Positions 17,639 to 26,990 of a stretch of DNA of 64,000 bases are shown here, piece after piece. The DNA lies in contig JAAYJC010000038.1 of assembly GCA_012523085.1 (NCBI GenBank), positions 62 through 64,061 of the forward strand. The letters run 5' to 3'. This DNA comes from Clostridiales bacterium (GTDB lineage Bacteria > Bacillota > Clostridia > Oscillospirales > Oscillospiraceae). The first letter of the stretch is position 1, and each line of letters opens with the position of its first letter. A model generated the notes under the pieces. It was given only the letters and a program-made list of their open reading frames with translations, was not told where the DNA came from and did no database searches. The position numbers were made by a program, and so were the translations under genes.

Positions 17639-20600
17639 ATGAGTAGAATTCATCCGGTGAAATACCGCATACTGGCTGTCGCGCTAGCGGTTTTGTTGGT
17701 GTTGGCGCTTCTGCCGTCAGGCGTTTTCGCCGCCGGTGGGACGACAACGAAATACATAGCGTTTACATCCGATGTGCACGGTGAAATCACAAGGCTTGGG
17801 ACATGGCTGAACAAATTGGGCTCGCCCCTTCCGGTTCTGGACTGCGTGATGTTCAGCGGCGATTATCCGGTAAGGGGCATGGGCGACAATACGGCTCACG
17901 AAGCTGCCCGGCAATGTGTTTCGACTGTTCAAAGCGTTTTCGGCCCAATACCCTGCTACCTTGGCAGAGGCAACCACGACATCGGCGGGACCTATGCGGG
18001 AGGCGATTATCACGAGGGCCTTGTCTATAACGGCGATGATTACGCGGTGTATGTCGTAAAAATGGACGAAAGCAATACCTATAACCAAGCTTTTATGGCT
18101 TCGGAAATCATCAGACTGGATGAAGCACTGGGGACGGTTCATCCGGCAAAACCGGTTTTTCTCATTTCCCATTTCCCGATTCATTATTACAGCAGCAGAA
18201 CAACGGCAAACGCGGATGATATGATCGATGTTCTGAATAAGTACAGCAATGCCGTCTTTCTTTGGGGGCACAATCACACGATGAACGATCCGTATTACGG
18301 CCAAATCATCACTGCCGGTGAACAGCTGCAATACACAAGCTCTTCGTCCGATAAGGCAACAATCAATTTTACCTATTTAAGCTGCGGCTCGATGTATGAC
18401 GGCAACAACGGCGCATACGGCCTTCTGGCGGCGCTGACCGCAAGCGAAACGGGTACCCAGATCGATTTTGCTTATAAAAATATGGAGGGTCAAACGGCGT
18501 CCTCGGGCTCGGTCTTCATTTCCTCAGTCTCCGGCCCGATACCGATTGCTTCCGTTTCGATAACCGGTATCGACATGCCGATAGCCGGAGCGAATCCGGA
18601 TGACAGCGCTCTTACGGCCGCTGCATCCTATACGGCATCGGCGGTGCAATGGAACCCCGCGGACAGTCCGTTTGAAAATAACACGGTTTATACGGCGAGC
18701 GTAACGCTCACAGCAAACAGCGGATATGCGTTTACCCCCGGCGTTACAGCGGCGGTGAACGGAAATAACGCGGCTAAAACCCTCAATTCGGACGGAACTG
18801 TGACCGTTACCTATACGTTCCCCGCGACCGGCATTGCCGGGATCACCACCTATGAAAAGGTGAACACGGTAAACAGCGGCGAAAAGTATGTCATCGTGGC
18901 AAAGTCGGGCGGAGACTATTACGCGCTGACAAATGCCGCCGTTACCGTCGGCAGCAATGACTACCTTAAGGGCGCGCCGGTCACGGTTTCAAGCGGCGGA
19001 GAACTGTCGGGCACGATAAACGGCAGCATGATTTTCACATTCACGACGGACGGCAGCGGATTTGATGTCACAAACGACGATAAATACTTAAACCGGAAGA
19101 GCGGCTACAGCGGTCCGGTTTTCCTCGGTCCGGAGGACGGCGCGTCGTATTCCGACTGGATATATGACGATTACATTACGGCCGATGATTATATGCTGTA
19201 TGTATACAGTTCCAACCAGAGGGCAAACCTGTATCTGAACACCGCGTCAGAGGGTTCTTTGCATTACTTTTTATACAGCGAGGACGGCCAGACGGTGTAC
19301 CTGTACAGGGTCATAGAGGGCGGCGTCCCGTCCGATACCCCGATTGACAGCGCGGCAATAAGCATTGACGCGCCGGAAGCGGGTTATGCCCCGGACACGG
19401 CGGCGGCGGTTTCGCCCGATGCGTTTTATACGGTTTCGCAGGTGCTCTGGACGCCCGCGGACAGCGTCTTTGCCGAGAATACGGTTTATGAAGTGGCTAT
19501 AAAACTCAAAGCGAACAGCGGATATGCGTTTGCGCCCGATATAAAAGCGATGGTGAACGGAAATGCCGCCGGCGCGATCATTAACGCGGACAAAACCGTG
19601 ACCGTCTCGTATGTTTTCCCGGCGACCGGAAAAGCCGTTGCGGCGACCTATGAAAAAGTCGATGACATCGAACCGGGAACGCAATATCTGATTGTCGCGC
19701 AATCGAGAGACCGATACTATGCGCTGTCCAATTTACCGTCCGAATATGATTCGGGCTTTCTGAAAGCCGTCGAAATCACCGTTTCCGATGCGGGCGATCA
19801 GGCATTTACCATCGGCGGCAACAGCGCGCTGCTTTGGAATTTTGACAGCGCCGACGACGCCAATGCGTACAATATCACAAATGACGGCAAATACTTAAGG
19901 CGCAGAAGCTCGCAGGATACCCCGAAACCGCCTACCGGAGCAATCTACACCCATGAAGAGTATAGATCGGAAGCGTATTCCGACTGGCTGATGAATGCCG
20001 CCGGCGCGCTGTATATTGTTGACAACTCAAATAAAAGCCAGTATCTGTACCTGGCTTCATCTTCCGGCGGAGCGAATTATTTCAAACTGTCGTCGGATAC
20101 CGGCATGACGCTGAGCCTGTATAAACAGGTTTTTGTAACCGTTCCGGATATTGAAATAAACCATGCCGATGTCACCGTCACACAGCCGGAAACGGGCGAT
20201 ACCCCGGGTACGGCGGCGGTTTCACCCGATGCGTTCTATACGGTTTCCCAGGTGCTCTGGACGCCCGCGGACAGTCCCTTTGAAGGTAATACGGTTTATG
20301 AAATGGTCGTTGTGCTGACAGCAAAAAGCGGATACGCGTTTACGCCCGATACAACGGCGGCGGTTAACGCAAATGCCGCAACAGCGGTTTATAATTCGGA
20401 CGGAACGCTGAAAATAACATATATATTTGAAAAAACCAATGAAGAGCCCGATGCGCCGATAAATAGCGTTTCGATATACGTTATACCCCCGAAGACGGGT
20501 GATATACCGAACCTGAATGCTGTTTCGGACAGCAATACCGCCACCGTCGAAGGCGTTACATGGTCGCCGGACGCTTCCTCGGGTTTTGCCGCCGGAACGG

Positions 20601-22123
20601 TTTATACGGTAACGGTGACGCTGTCGGCCAAAGACGGGTATAAGTTTGCAGGTGAAGACCTTACCGCGACATGTAACGGCATGGCGGCGCAAACAGAGCG
20701 AAGTGGCTATATTTTGACCGTGACCTATGATTTCCCGGCTACCTTAACCGAACAGGCAAAAAAGACGGTGTATGTACGGGCCGGGGATATATCGAACGGC
20801 GGGCAATACCTGATTGTCGCAAAGTTCGGAAACGCCTATTATGCGCTTTCACCCGTTCACGCGGCGATAAACGGCACGGTCAGCCTGCTCGGCATGCCCG
20901 TTACGGCTTCCGAAGATAATATTATGGAAAACGGTATTAGCGACGCGATGCTGTGGACCTTTACAACGGATGATTCCGGAGCATCGTTTACCATAACAAA
21001 TAACGGGCTTTATCTGATGCGGACCGCCGCACTCTCCGGCATTTACGTGGGCGCCGATCAAGACGCGGAGCCTTATTCCGTGTGGATGTACGACAGTACC
21101 GAAAAAGCGCTGTTTACATACAGCGTTAACCGTGCCTGTAACATCTACATGAACCTTTTCTTTGATCTCTGCAACGCCGCTTTCTGCCATTCACCCAATG
21201 CTTATACGGATATATATTTGTATAAGCCGATAGAGGCGACAGGACCGACAGAGCCGCCAATGCCGGTTGTACCCGTACTGGTCGAGGCCGTCTTTTCGCA
21301 AAACGACACGGTGATTTATCCCGATACGGCTCCGGACAGCTTAAGGCAAATGCTGACCGTTATGTTGACCCTCAGCGACGGGACCAAAGGGTCTGTGGGC
21401 AGTTACGCGTACAGCTTGTCAGGCGTGCTTATACCCGGCATATGCACGCTGACGGTCGAGTATCTCGGCCTGCGCGATACATTTGATGTTGTGGTAACGG
21501 CGCTGCCGTCCGACGACACCGAGCAGAATATCGAAGATGATGATGTACCGAGGGGTATAATGAACTATCTTGATGTTAAGGAGGACGCGTGGTATTATGA
21601 CGCGGTGAAGTTTACCACTGAAAGAGGCCTTTTTTACGGCATAGACTTTCAGACATTTGCCCCTGATCTGCCGGTGAGCAGAGCAATGTTTGCAACCCTG
21701 CTTAGCCGGATCGAGTACGAGAGCGACGACAAGATCCCGATGTTTGAGTGCCTGTTTACGGACCTTACGCAAAACTGGTACAGAAAGGCCGTATCCTGGG
21801 GCGCGCACAGCAAGATCATTCTCGGCTTTACCGAAACGCTGTTTTACCCGGACAATAATCTGTCACGCGAACAAATGGCGGTGCTATTGTTCAGGTACGC
21901 GATGGCAAAGGGCTATGACATGAGCTTTGATCCGGAGATTTTAAGCGCGTTTGACGATGCAGACAGCATCGCCGCCTATGCAAAAACGCCGGTTATGTGG
22001 GCGCTGGATAACGGCCTTCTGACCGGAGCATTGGACACACAGCTCGCGCCGAGGGGCCACATTTCACGTGCCCGGCTCGCGGAAACGGTCATGGCGTTTT
22101 TTGAATTCATCGGGAAAGCATAA
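17639..22123 (+). CDS. Secreted, SLH-anchored multidomain protein: signal peptide, calcineurin-like metallophosphoesterase, alternating repeat domains, Ig-like domain, 3 SLH repeats
   Basis: GGAGGAG RBS and a signal peptide ending VFA. Phosphoesterase motifs are FTSDVHGE, SGDY, GNHD and GHNH. There are four about 95-aa A repeats (..WxPADSxFxxNTVYxxxVxLxAxSGYAF..) interleaved with three about 170-aa B repeats (..YLIVAxxxxxYYAL..). The C-terminus carries three SLH modules (from about 21560). Confidence 0.85.
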   Translation: MSRIHPVKYRILAVALAVLLVLALLPSGVFAAGGTTTKYIAFTSDVHGEITRLGTWLNKLGSPLPVLDCVMFSGDYPVRGMGDNTAHEAARQCVSTVQSVFGPIPCYLGRGNHDIGGTYAGGDYHEGLVYNGDDYAVYVVKMDESNTYNQAFMASEIIRLDEALGTVHPAKPVFLISHFPIHYYSSRTTANADDMIDVLNKYSNAVFLWGHNHTMNDPYYGQIITAGEQLQYTSSSSDKATINFTYLSCGSMYDGNNGAYGLLAALTASETGTQIDFAYKNMEGQTASSGSVFISSVSGPIPIASVSITGIDMPIAGANPDDSALTAAASYTASAVQWNPADSPFENNTVYTASVTLTANSGYAFTPGVTAAVNGNNAAKTLNSDGTVTVTYTFPATGIAGITTYEKVNTVNSGEKYVIVAKSGGDYYALTNAAVTVGSNDYLKGAPVTVSSGGELSGTINGSMIFTFTTDGSGFDVTNDDKYLNRKSGYSGPVFLGPEDGASYSDWIYDDYITADDYMLYVYSSNQRANLYLNTASEGSLHYFLYSEDGQTVYLYRVIEGGVPSDTPIDSAAISIDAPEAGYAPDTAAAVSPDAFYTVSQVLWTPADSVFAENTVYEVAIKLKANSGYAFAPDIKAMVNGNAAGAIINADKTVTVSYVFPATGKAVAATYEKVDDIEPGTQYLIVAQSRDRYYALSNLPSEYDSGFLKAVEITVSDAGDQAFTIGGNSALLWNFDSADDANAYNITNDGKYLRRRSSQDTPKPPTGAIYTHEEYRSEAYSDWLMNAAGALYIVDNSNKSQYLYLASSSGGANYFKLSSDTGMTLSLYKQVFVTVPDIEINHADVTVTQPETGDTPGTAAVSPDAFYTVSQVLWTPADSPFEGNTVYEMVVVLTAKSGYAFTPDTTAAVNANAATAVYNSDGTLKITYIFEKTNEEPDAPINSVSIYVIPPKTGDIPNLNAVSDSNTATVEGVTWSPDASSGFAAGTVYTVTVTLSAKDGYKFAGEDLTATCNGMAAQTERSGYILTVTYDFPATLTEQAKKTVYVRAGDISNGGQYLIVAKFGNAYYALSPVHAAINGTVSLLGMPVTASEDNIMENGISDAMLWTFTTDDSGASFTITNNGLYLMRTAALSGIYVGADQDAEPYSVWMYDSTEKALFTYSVNRACNIYMNLFFDLCNAAFCHSPNAYTDIYLYKPIEATGPTEPPMPVVPVLVEAVFSQNDTVIYPDTAPDSLRQMLTVMLTLSDGTKGSVGSYAYSLSGVLIPGICTLTVEYLGLRDTFDVVVTALPSDDTEQNIEDDDVPRGIMNYLDVKEDAWYYDAVKFTTERGLFYGIDFQTFAPDLPVSRAMFATLLSRIEYESDDKIPMFECLFTDLTQNWYRKAVSWGAHSKIILGFTETLFYPDNNLSREQMAVLLFRYAMAKGYDMSFDPEILSAFDDADSIAAYAKTPVMWALDNGLLTGALDTQLAPRGHISRARLAETVMAFFEFIGKA

Positions 22124-22133
22124 GCCTTTACCA

Positions 22134-22177
22134 AAGGGGTTGATGCTTTGGTATGCATACCAAAGCATCAACCCCTT
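22134..22177. terminator. 44-nt perfect palindrome between convergent genes; bidirectional terminator
   Basis: AAGGGGTTGATGCTTTGGTATG / CATACCAAAGCATCAACCCCTT, followed by a T-rich tract (GTGCTATTTTTCGTTTTCG). Confidence 0.7.
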
Positions 22178-22180
22178 GTG

Positions 22181-22333
22181 CTATTTTTCGTTTTCGTCGA
22201 CATGTTCTTTGGCGTTTATCGTTTGCATCAAGCTGGGCTGTGATACATTGGTCGCCTGATTTATTTTCTCCCTGTTGGCCCAGGCGGCCGTTTTATGATT
22301 TTCAATCGGCTTTTTGGGTCTTTTTCTGATCAT
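22181..22333 (-). CDS. Small 50-aa protein, possibly DUF3787-like (not in the supplied ORF track, below the 60-aa cutoff)
   Basis: GGGTGG RBS, then ATG. Translation is MIRKRPKKPIENHKTAAWANREKINQATNVSQPSLMQTINAKEHVDENEK. The HxTAAWAN and WVDENEK-like ends are as I recall them for clostridial DUF3787 proteins. Confidence 0.4.
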   Translation of the reverse strand: MIRKRPKKPIENHKTAAWANREKINQATNVSQPSLMQTINAKEHVDENEK

Positions 22334-22567
22334 TTACCACCCTTCTTCGGTTTGGTGTGAGGCCGCTTCGGACAAGCGCCTGTTTGTATAGCATATGAGT
22401 ATCTCCCCCAAATATTCAATAAAGGGAACGCATTGGTTCAGTGCACATTAATTATATTGAAAAGATTTTAGCGGAAGATCCGGGGAATGCGCCGGAAAAA
22501 TTCGGATATACCTACACAGAATCAGATGACATCAGACAGACCTTATAAACCTCAAAGCCGATTATTA

Positions 22568-22596
22568 TTGACTTGTCCCGGAATGCATGGTAAAAT
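22568..22596 (+). promoter_or_regulatory. Strong sigma-A-type promoter with extended -10 (TTGACT-17-TGgTAAAAT) for the mod/Moco operon leader
   Basis: TTGACT at 22568-22573, a 17-nt spacer ending in TGG, TAAAAT at 22591-22596. Confidence 0.55.
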
Positions 22597-22609
22597 GAAT
22601 CAAATTTAA

Positions 22610-22730
22610 TCATTTCCGTGCCTTGCGGTCTAAGGGGAAACCTATGAACGTTTGGCCTGAGCCTTTGGGTTCACGGGGTCGCATCCGGAAACGGCGCGGC
22701 CTTCCCGTTTTGAGAAGGAGATAAGCTTCC
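22610..22730 (+). promoter_or_regulatory. Probable molybdenum-cofactor (Moco) riboswitch aptamer
   Basis: The leader contains ..AAGGGGAAACC..GGCCTGAGCCTTTGGG..CACGGGG..CCGGAAACGG (GAAA-loop hairpin)..GGCCTTCCCG..GAGAAGGAG. This resembles my memory of the Moco RNA motif. It lies between a promoter and an intrinsic terminator, upstream of modABC-moeA-moaA-moaC. Confidence 0.5.
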
Positions 22731-22823
22731 GTATCGGTGTATGCTGTCCGCTGCGGAATACGCATAAGCTCTTCCGGCATAATGCCGCTTTGCGTCAAAG
22801 CTGCTCTGCATGTTGCTAAACTG

Positions 22824-22864
22824 TGCAGTCTGTTTCTCAAAACAGGCTGCATTTTTATCTTTTG
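22824..22864 (+). terminator. Intrinsic terminator acting as the leader's expression platform (attenuator)
   Basis: 11-bp stem TGCAGTCTGTT / AACAGGCTGCA, a 6-nt loop, then TTTTTATCTTTT. It sits 39 nt before the modA start. Confidence 0.7.
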
Positions 22865-22902
22865 GTCTTCTGTGGTAAATACAAATGGAAAGGAAACGAA
22901 AA

Positions 22903-23712
22903 ATGAAAAGACCAATCGCTTTTCTTTTCACAATAGTAATGGTATTTGCACTGACAGCCTGCAAAAACGGCAAATCCCCGGCGGTCGAAGACGCGTCTGT
23001 CGAGCTGACCGTGTACGCGGCCGCTTCGCTGACCGAAACGCTGACTAAAGCGGCCGAGCTTTACAGGGAATCGGCGCCGAATGTCACTTTTACATTTACC
23101 TTCGACTCTTCCGGTACCCTGAAGACGCAAATTGCGGAGGGCGCGGACTGCGACATTTTCATTTCGGCGGCCCAAAAGCAAATGAACGAGATGGACATTA
23201 CATCAGATAAGAATACCGCGGGGCTGGATTTTGTGGATTCATCAACGCGCTTCAATATCGTAGAAAACAAGGTCGTGCTGGTCGTGCCGGACAATAACCC
23301 GGCCGGCATCGCATCCTTTGATGACATCGCCACGAAGGCTGTGTCTTTGCTTGCCATCGGAAACTCGGATGTGCCTGTCGGCCAGTACGCGCAGGAAGTT
23401 TTAATAAACATGGGTATCTTCGATCGGATCAGCGAAAAAATAACCTATGGCTCCAATGTCAAGGAACTCACCACCTGGGTCGGTGAAAACACGGTTGACT
23501 GCGGCATTGTTTACGCGACCGACGCGTATTCCGCAGGACTTCAGGTGATTGCCGAGGCTCCGGAGGGGATGCTGAACACACCGGTGCTGTATCCCGCCGC
23601 GGTATTGAAAACCGCAAAGAATCCCGGGGCGGCCAAAGCCTTTCTGGATTTCCTGAAAACAGACGCCTGCGCTGCCGTGTTTCAGGAAGTGGGCTTTTCC
23701 GTTCCGGGTTAA
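22903..23712 (+). CDS. modA: Molybdate ABC transporter substrate-binding lipoprotein
   Basis: MKRPIAFLFTIVMVFALTAC lipobox. The body has YAAASL..FDSSGTL..QI..GA..D.F.SA and VPVGQYA motifs typical of ModA. Confidence 0.9.
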   Translation: MKRPIAFLFTIVMVFALTACKNGKSPAVEDASVELTVYAAASLTETLTKAAELYRESAPNVTFTFTFDSSGTLKTQIAEGADCDIFISAAQKQMNEMDITSDKNTAGLDFVDSSTRFNIVENKVVLVVPDNNPAGIASFDDIATKAVSLLAIGNSDVPVGQYAQEVLINMGIFDRISEKITYGSNVKELTTWVGENTVDCGIVYATDAYSAGLQVIAEAPEGMLNTPVLYPAAVLKTAKNPGAAKAFLDFLKTDACAAVFQEVGFSVPG

Positions 23713-23792
23713 CGCCTGCTTTTCCGGTAAAAGCCGTTTGCGGCACGCTGATAATCAATCGCTTTATGCTCAAAGCCGAAGGAGGCGCTCTT

Positions 23793-24488
23793 ATGGACTG
23801 GTATCCCCTCATAAACTCGCTGAGAATCGCGCTGATATCGACTTTCATCACATTCTTTCTCGGTATCCTAGCGGCCTATTATATCGCCAAAACACCCAGG
23901 CTGATAAAGGGGATTCTGGATGTGATTCTGACCTTGCCTTTGGTTTTACCGCCAACGGTTATCGGGTTTTTTATCTTAAAGCTCATGGGGCCGAGGGGAC
24001 CGGTCGGCTCGCTGCTCTTCGATCTCTTTCAGACAAAGGTCGTCATGACCTGGTATTCCGCGATATTCGCGACGGTGATCATCACGTTTCCGCTGATGTA
24101 CCGCACAGTTCGCGGCGCGTTTGAGAGTTTTGACATGACGCTCAAATACGCGGGGCAGACGCTCGGACTCAGAAACACCTATATTTTCTGGCATATCATG
24201 ATGCCGTATTGCAAGCAGGGGATTATAGCCGGAACCGTTTTGAGCTTTGCCCGCGCGCTGGGCGAATACGGCGCGACAAGCATGGTGGCGGGCTATACAC
24301 CGGGAAAGACCGCAACGATCTCCACGACCGTATATCAGCTCTGGCGGACCGGAGACGATTTGCTTGCCTACAGGTGGGTTGCGATAAACGTTGCAATCTC
24401 CTTTGTCGTTTTGATTGCGATTAATTTCTTTGAACGAAACTATAAAAAGGCGGGCGGGAAACGCTCGCAGTATAATGGCCTTGCATAA
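23793..24488 (+). CDS. modB: Molybdate ABC transporter permease
   Basis: GAAGGAGG RBS. 231-aa polytopic protein with an EAA-like loop (FARALGEYGATSMVAG). Confidence 0.9.
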   Translation: MDWYPLINSLRIALISTFITFFLGILAAYYIAKTPRLIKGILDVILTLPLVLPPTVIGFFILKLMGPRGPVGSLLFDLFQTKVVMTWYSAIFATVIITFPLMYRTVRGAFESFDMTLKYAGQTLGLRNTYIFWHIMMPYCKQGIIAGTVLSFARALGEYGATSMVAGYTPGKTATISTTVYQLWRTGDDLLAYRWVAINVAISFVVLIAINFFERNYKKAGGKRSQYNGLA

Positions 24489-25581
24489 AACAGCAATAGG
24501 GCCGCACGGCATTCGGGGAGTGAGGATTCTGCTGAGCGTAGATATAAAGAAAAATCTGGGGAGCTTTAACCTGAACGTGTCCTTTGAAGCGGGAAATGAA
24601 ACGCTGGCGTTGCTCGGCGCCTCCGGCTGCGGCAAAAGCATGACGCTCAAATGTATCGCCGGTATAGAAAAGCCGGATGAGGGCCGCATTACGCTTGGCG
24701 GCAAAGTGCTGTTTGACGCGCAGAAGAACATCAATCTGTCGCCCAGGCTGAGAAGGGTCGGCTATCTGTTTCAGCAATACGCGCTATTTCCGAATATGAC
24801 GGTGCTGCGCAATGTTGTGACCGGTGTAAGGGATAACAATAAGGCGCAGGCAAGAAATAAGGCGCTCGAGGCGCTTGAGCTTATGCGCTTGACGGGATTT
24901 GAGGATAAGTATCCGCATCAGCTCTCCGGGGGAGAGCAGCAACGCGCCGCGCTGGCCAGGATTCTGGTCAACGAGCCTGAGATTTTGCTGCTTGATGAAC
25001 CGTTTTCCGCTCTTGACAGCTATTTAAGATGGCAGCTTGAGCTTGAACTGTCCCAGATCATGGCGTCATACGGCGGCACGGCTGTGTACGTTTCCCACAA
25101 CAGGGACGAGGTGTACAGGCTGTGTGACAGCGTCTGCGTTTTAACCGAAGGGCGGTCGGAGAAGAAAACCCGGGTGAGAGACTTGTTTGACGAGCCCGCT
25201 ACGCTTTCTGCCTGCCTTTTAACGGGCTGCAAAAATTATTCCAGGATTAAGAGACTTGATGACAATCTGTTGGAGGCTTTGGATTGGGGCACCGTTTTGA
25301 GGGTTTCAAAGCCGATAGGGCAAAATGCCGCCTATGTCGGCATGCGTGCGCACTATCTCAGACCGGTCGACAGCCCCGGCGAAAACACCGTCGAATGTAC
25401 GGTTGAGCGGGTTATCGAGGATGTTTTTTCCGTTGTGGTCATGCTGGGAACGCCGGGCGGAAAATCCGGTTACGCTCAGCTCAGGCTGGAAACGGGAAAG
25501 GATAAGTTGACCTCGTTTACACAATCGAATAAAATATTAATATATATGGACCCCGGGGATCTGATGGTACTAAAAGAATAA
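24475..25581 (+). CDS. modC: Molybdate ABC transporter ATP-binding protein with a C-terminal TOBE/Mop-like domain (exact start uncertain)
   Basis: Walker A GASGCGKS, signature LSGGEQQR, Walker B LLLDEP. ATG 24475 overlaps the modB stop, and a GTG at 24519 is an alternative start. Confidence 0.85.
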   Translation: MALHKTAIGPHGIRGVRILLSVDIKKNLGSFNLNVSFEAGNETLALLGASGCGKSMTLKCIAGIEKPDEGRITLGGKVLFDAQKNINLSPRLRRVGYLFQQYALFPNMTVLRNVVTGVRDNNKAQARNKALEALELMRLTGFEDKYPHQLSGGEQQRAALARILVNEPEILLLDEPFSALDSYLRWQLELELSQIMASYGGTAVYVSHNRDEVYRLCDSVCVLTEGRSEKKTRVRDLFDEPATLSACLLTGCKNYSRIKRLDDNLLEALDWGTVLRVSKPIGQNAAYVGMRAHYLRPVDSPGENTVECTVERVIEDVFSVVVMLGTPGGKSGYAQLRLETGKDKLTSFTQSNKILIYMDPGDLMVLKE

Positions 25582-25679
25582 AGCGTGATAAGCGTTTCAA
25601 CGCTTATCACGCTGGAAAAAATCGATTTGGCTGCCATATGTGGCGGCAGCCATTTGCTCCGCAAACCATCGATTTTTCC
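25582..25679 (+). repeat. Modular intergenic repeat, copy E (M1+M2), starting directly after the modC stop
   Basis: M1 is AGCGTGATAAGCG-TTTCAA-CGCTTATCACGCT. M2 is GGAAAAAATCGAT TTGGCTGCC..GGCAGCCA TTTGCtccGCAAA cc ATCGATTTTTCC. Confidence 0.75.
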
Positions 25680-25743
25680 GAGCCGGTACGAATTAAACGC
25701 GTTAACACGTTTTTCCCGATGTCTGTAGAAAATGGAGATTGGT

Positions 25744-26961
25744 ATGATCGAGAAAACAGAGATAGAAAAGGCCGTGGATATGCTGCTTTCTCTTCCCGCT
25801 CCGGTCGAAACGGAGACCGTACCGCTGTACGGCGCACTCGACCGTGTGCTGGCGGAGGACAGGTATGCCTCGGTGGCGATTCCCCCCTTTGACCGAAGCC
25901 CGTATGACGGCTATGCCTTCCGGGGGCAGGATACCGCATCGGCAACAAAATCTACGCCCGTGGAGCTGAACATTTCCGAGGAAATACCGGCCGGCAAGCT
26001 TCCCCGGTTTGAGATCACCGAGGGCATGGCGGCAAAGATCCTGACCGGCGCGCCGATTCCGAAGGGCGCCAACGCAACGATTAAATATGAGCTGACGAAA
26101 TTTACACAGGCGAAGGTCTGGATATCGGATCCCATTTTACCGAATACCGATATCGTGCGGGCCGGAGAAGACCTGAAGCTCGGCGCGCTGATTGCAAACA
26201 AAGGTACGGTTCTTATCGCGCCGCTTTTGGGACTGCTGGCCACCCAGGGGCTGAAGGATCTGCGCGTTTATAAAAAACCGCGGATTATCATCATCAATAC
26301 CGGTACCGAGCTTTTAGAACTCGGCGAGCCGCTTCACCCGGGCGCAATCTACAACAGCAGCTGCTATGCTCTGGCCGGGTATCTGAAAAAAGCCGGAGCG
26401 GAGCCTGTAAACGGCGGCGTTGTTGAGGACGATCCCGACGAGATCGCGCGGCGGATAGGGGAAGCTTTAGACAGCGCCGATATGGTCGTCACCACAGGCG
26501 GGGCCTCAGTGGGCGATTATGACTGGATTGCGACAGCGTCACAAAGGCTGGGCGCAAGTATATTATTCAATAAGGTTGCGATGAAGCCGGGCGGCTCAAT
26601 TGTGGCGTCGGAAAAGGACGGTAAGCTGATTCTGGGCCTTTCGGGAAATCCCGGGGCGGCTGCGCTCGGTCTTTTTCGCATCGCAATGCCGTATATCCTG
26701 AAATTATGCGGAAGATCGGACCTGATGCCGGAACAGGTCGAAGTGCTGTTAAAACAGCCGTTAAACAAGAAATCCCCAAACCGAAGACTGCTCCGGGGCA
26801 GACTGGAGAGAGATAACGGGCAGGCGTTTTTTGTTGATAATCCGGGTCAGGGCAACGGGACATTTTCCTCCCTTGTCAACTGTGACCTGATCGGCGAGGT
26901 GCCCGCCGGCAGCCCGCCGCTCCCTGCCGGAACAAAAATCAAAGCGTATAGAATCGGATAA
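25744..26961 (+). CDS. moeA: Molybdopterin molybdenumtransferase
   Basis: 405 aa with the full MoeA domain order and a GGASVGDYD motif. GGAG RBS. Confidence 0.9.
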   Translation: MIEKTEIEKAVDMLLSLPAPVETETVPLYGALDRVLAEDRYASVAIPPFDRSPYDGYAFRGQDTASATKSTPVELNISEEIPAGKLPRFEITEGMAAKILTGAPIPKGANATIKYELTKFTQAKVWISDPILPNTDIVRAGEDLKLGALIANKGTVLIAPLLGLLATQGLKDLRVYKKPRIIIINTGTELLELGEPLHPGAIYNSSCYALAGYLKKAGAEPVNGGVVEDDPDEIARRIGEALDSADMVVTTGGASVGDYDWIATASQRLGASILFNKVAMKPGGSIVASEKDGKLILGLSGNPGAAALGLFRIAMPYILKLCGRSDLMPEQVEVLLKQPLNKKSPNRRLLRGRLERDNGQAFFVDNPGQGNGTFSSLVNCDLIGEVPAGSPPLPAGTKIKAYRIG

Positions 26962-26990
26962 ATTAAATAGCGTACTTATGGAGAAAACAA

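Noticed and set aside
8552-22177. The two long palindromic terminators (8552-8608 and 22134-22177) share the outer-arm motif AGGGGTT(A/G)ATGC, hinting at a second repeat family.
   Set aside because: Only two instances share 12 nt. The other long hairpins in the window (30705, 36859, 36910, 36974, 57712) are unrelated in sequence. With two copies I cannot separate this from chance among GC-clamped terminator stems. It needs a genome-wide scan.
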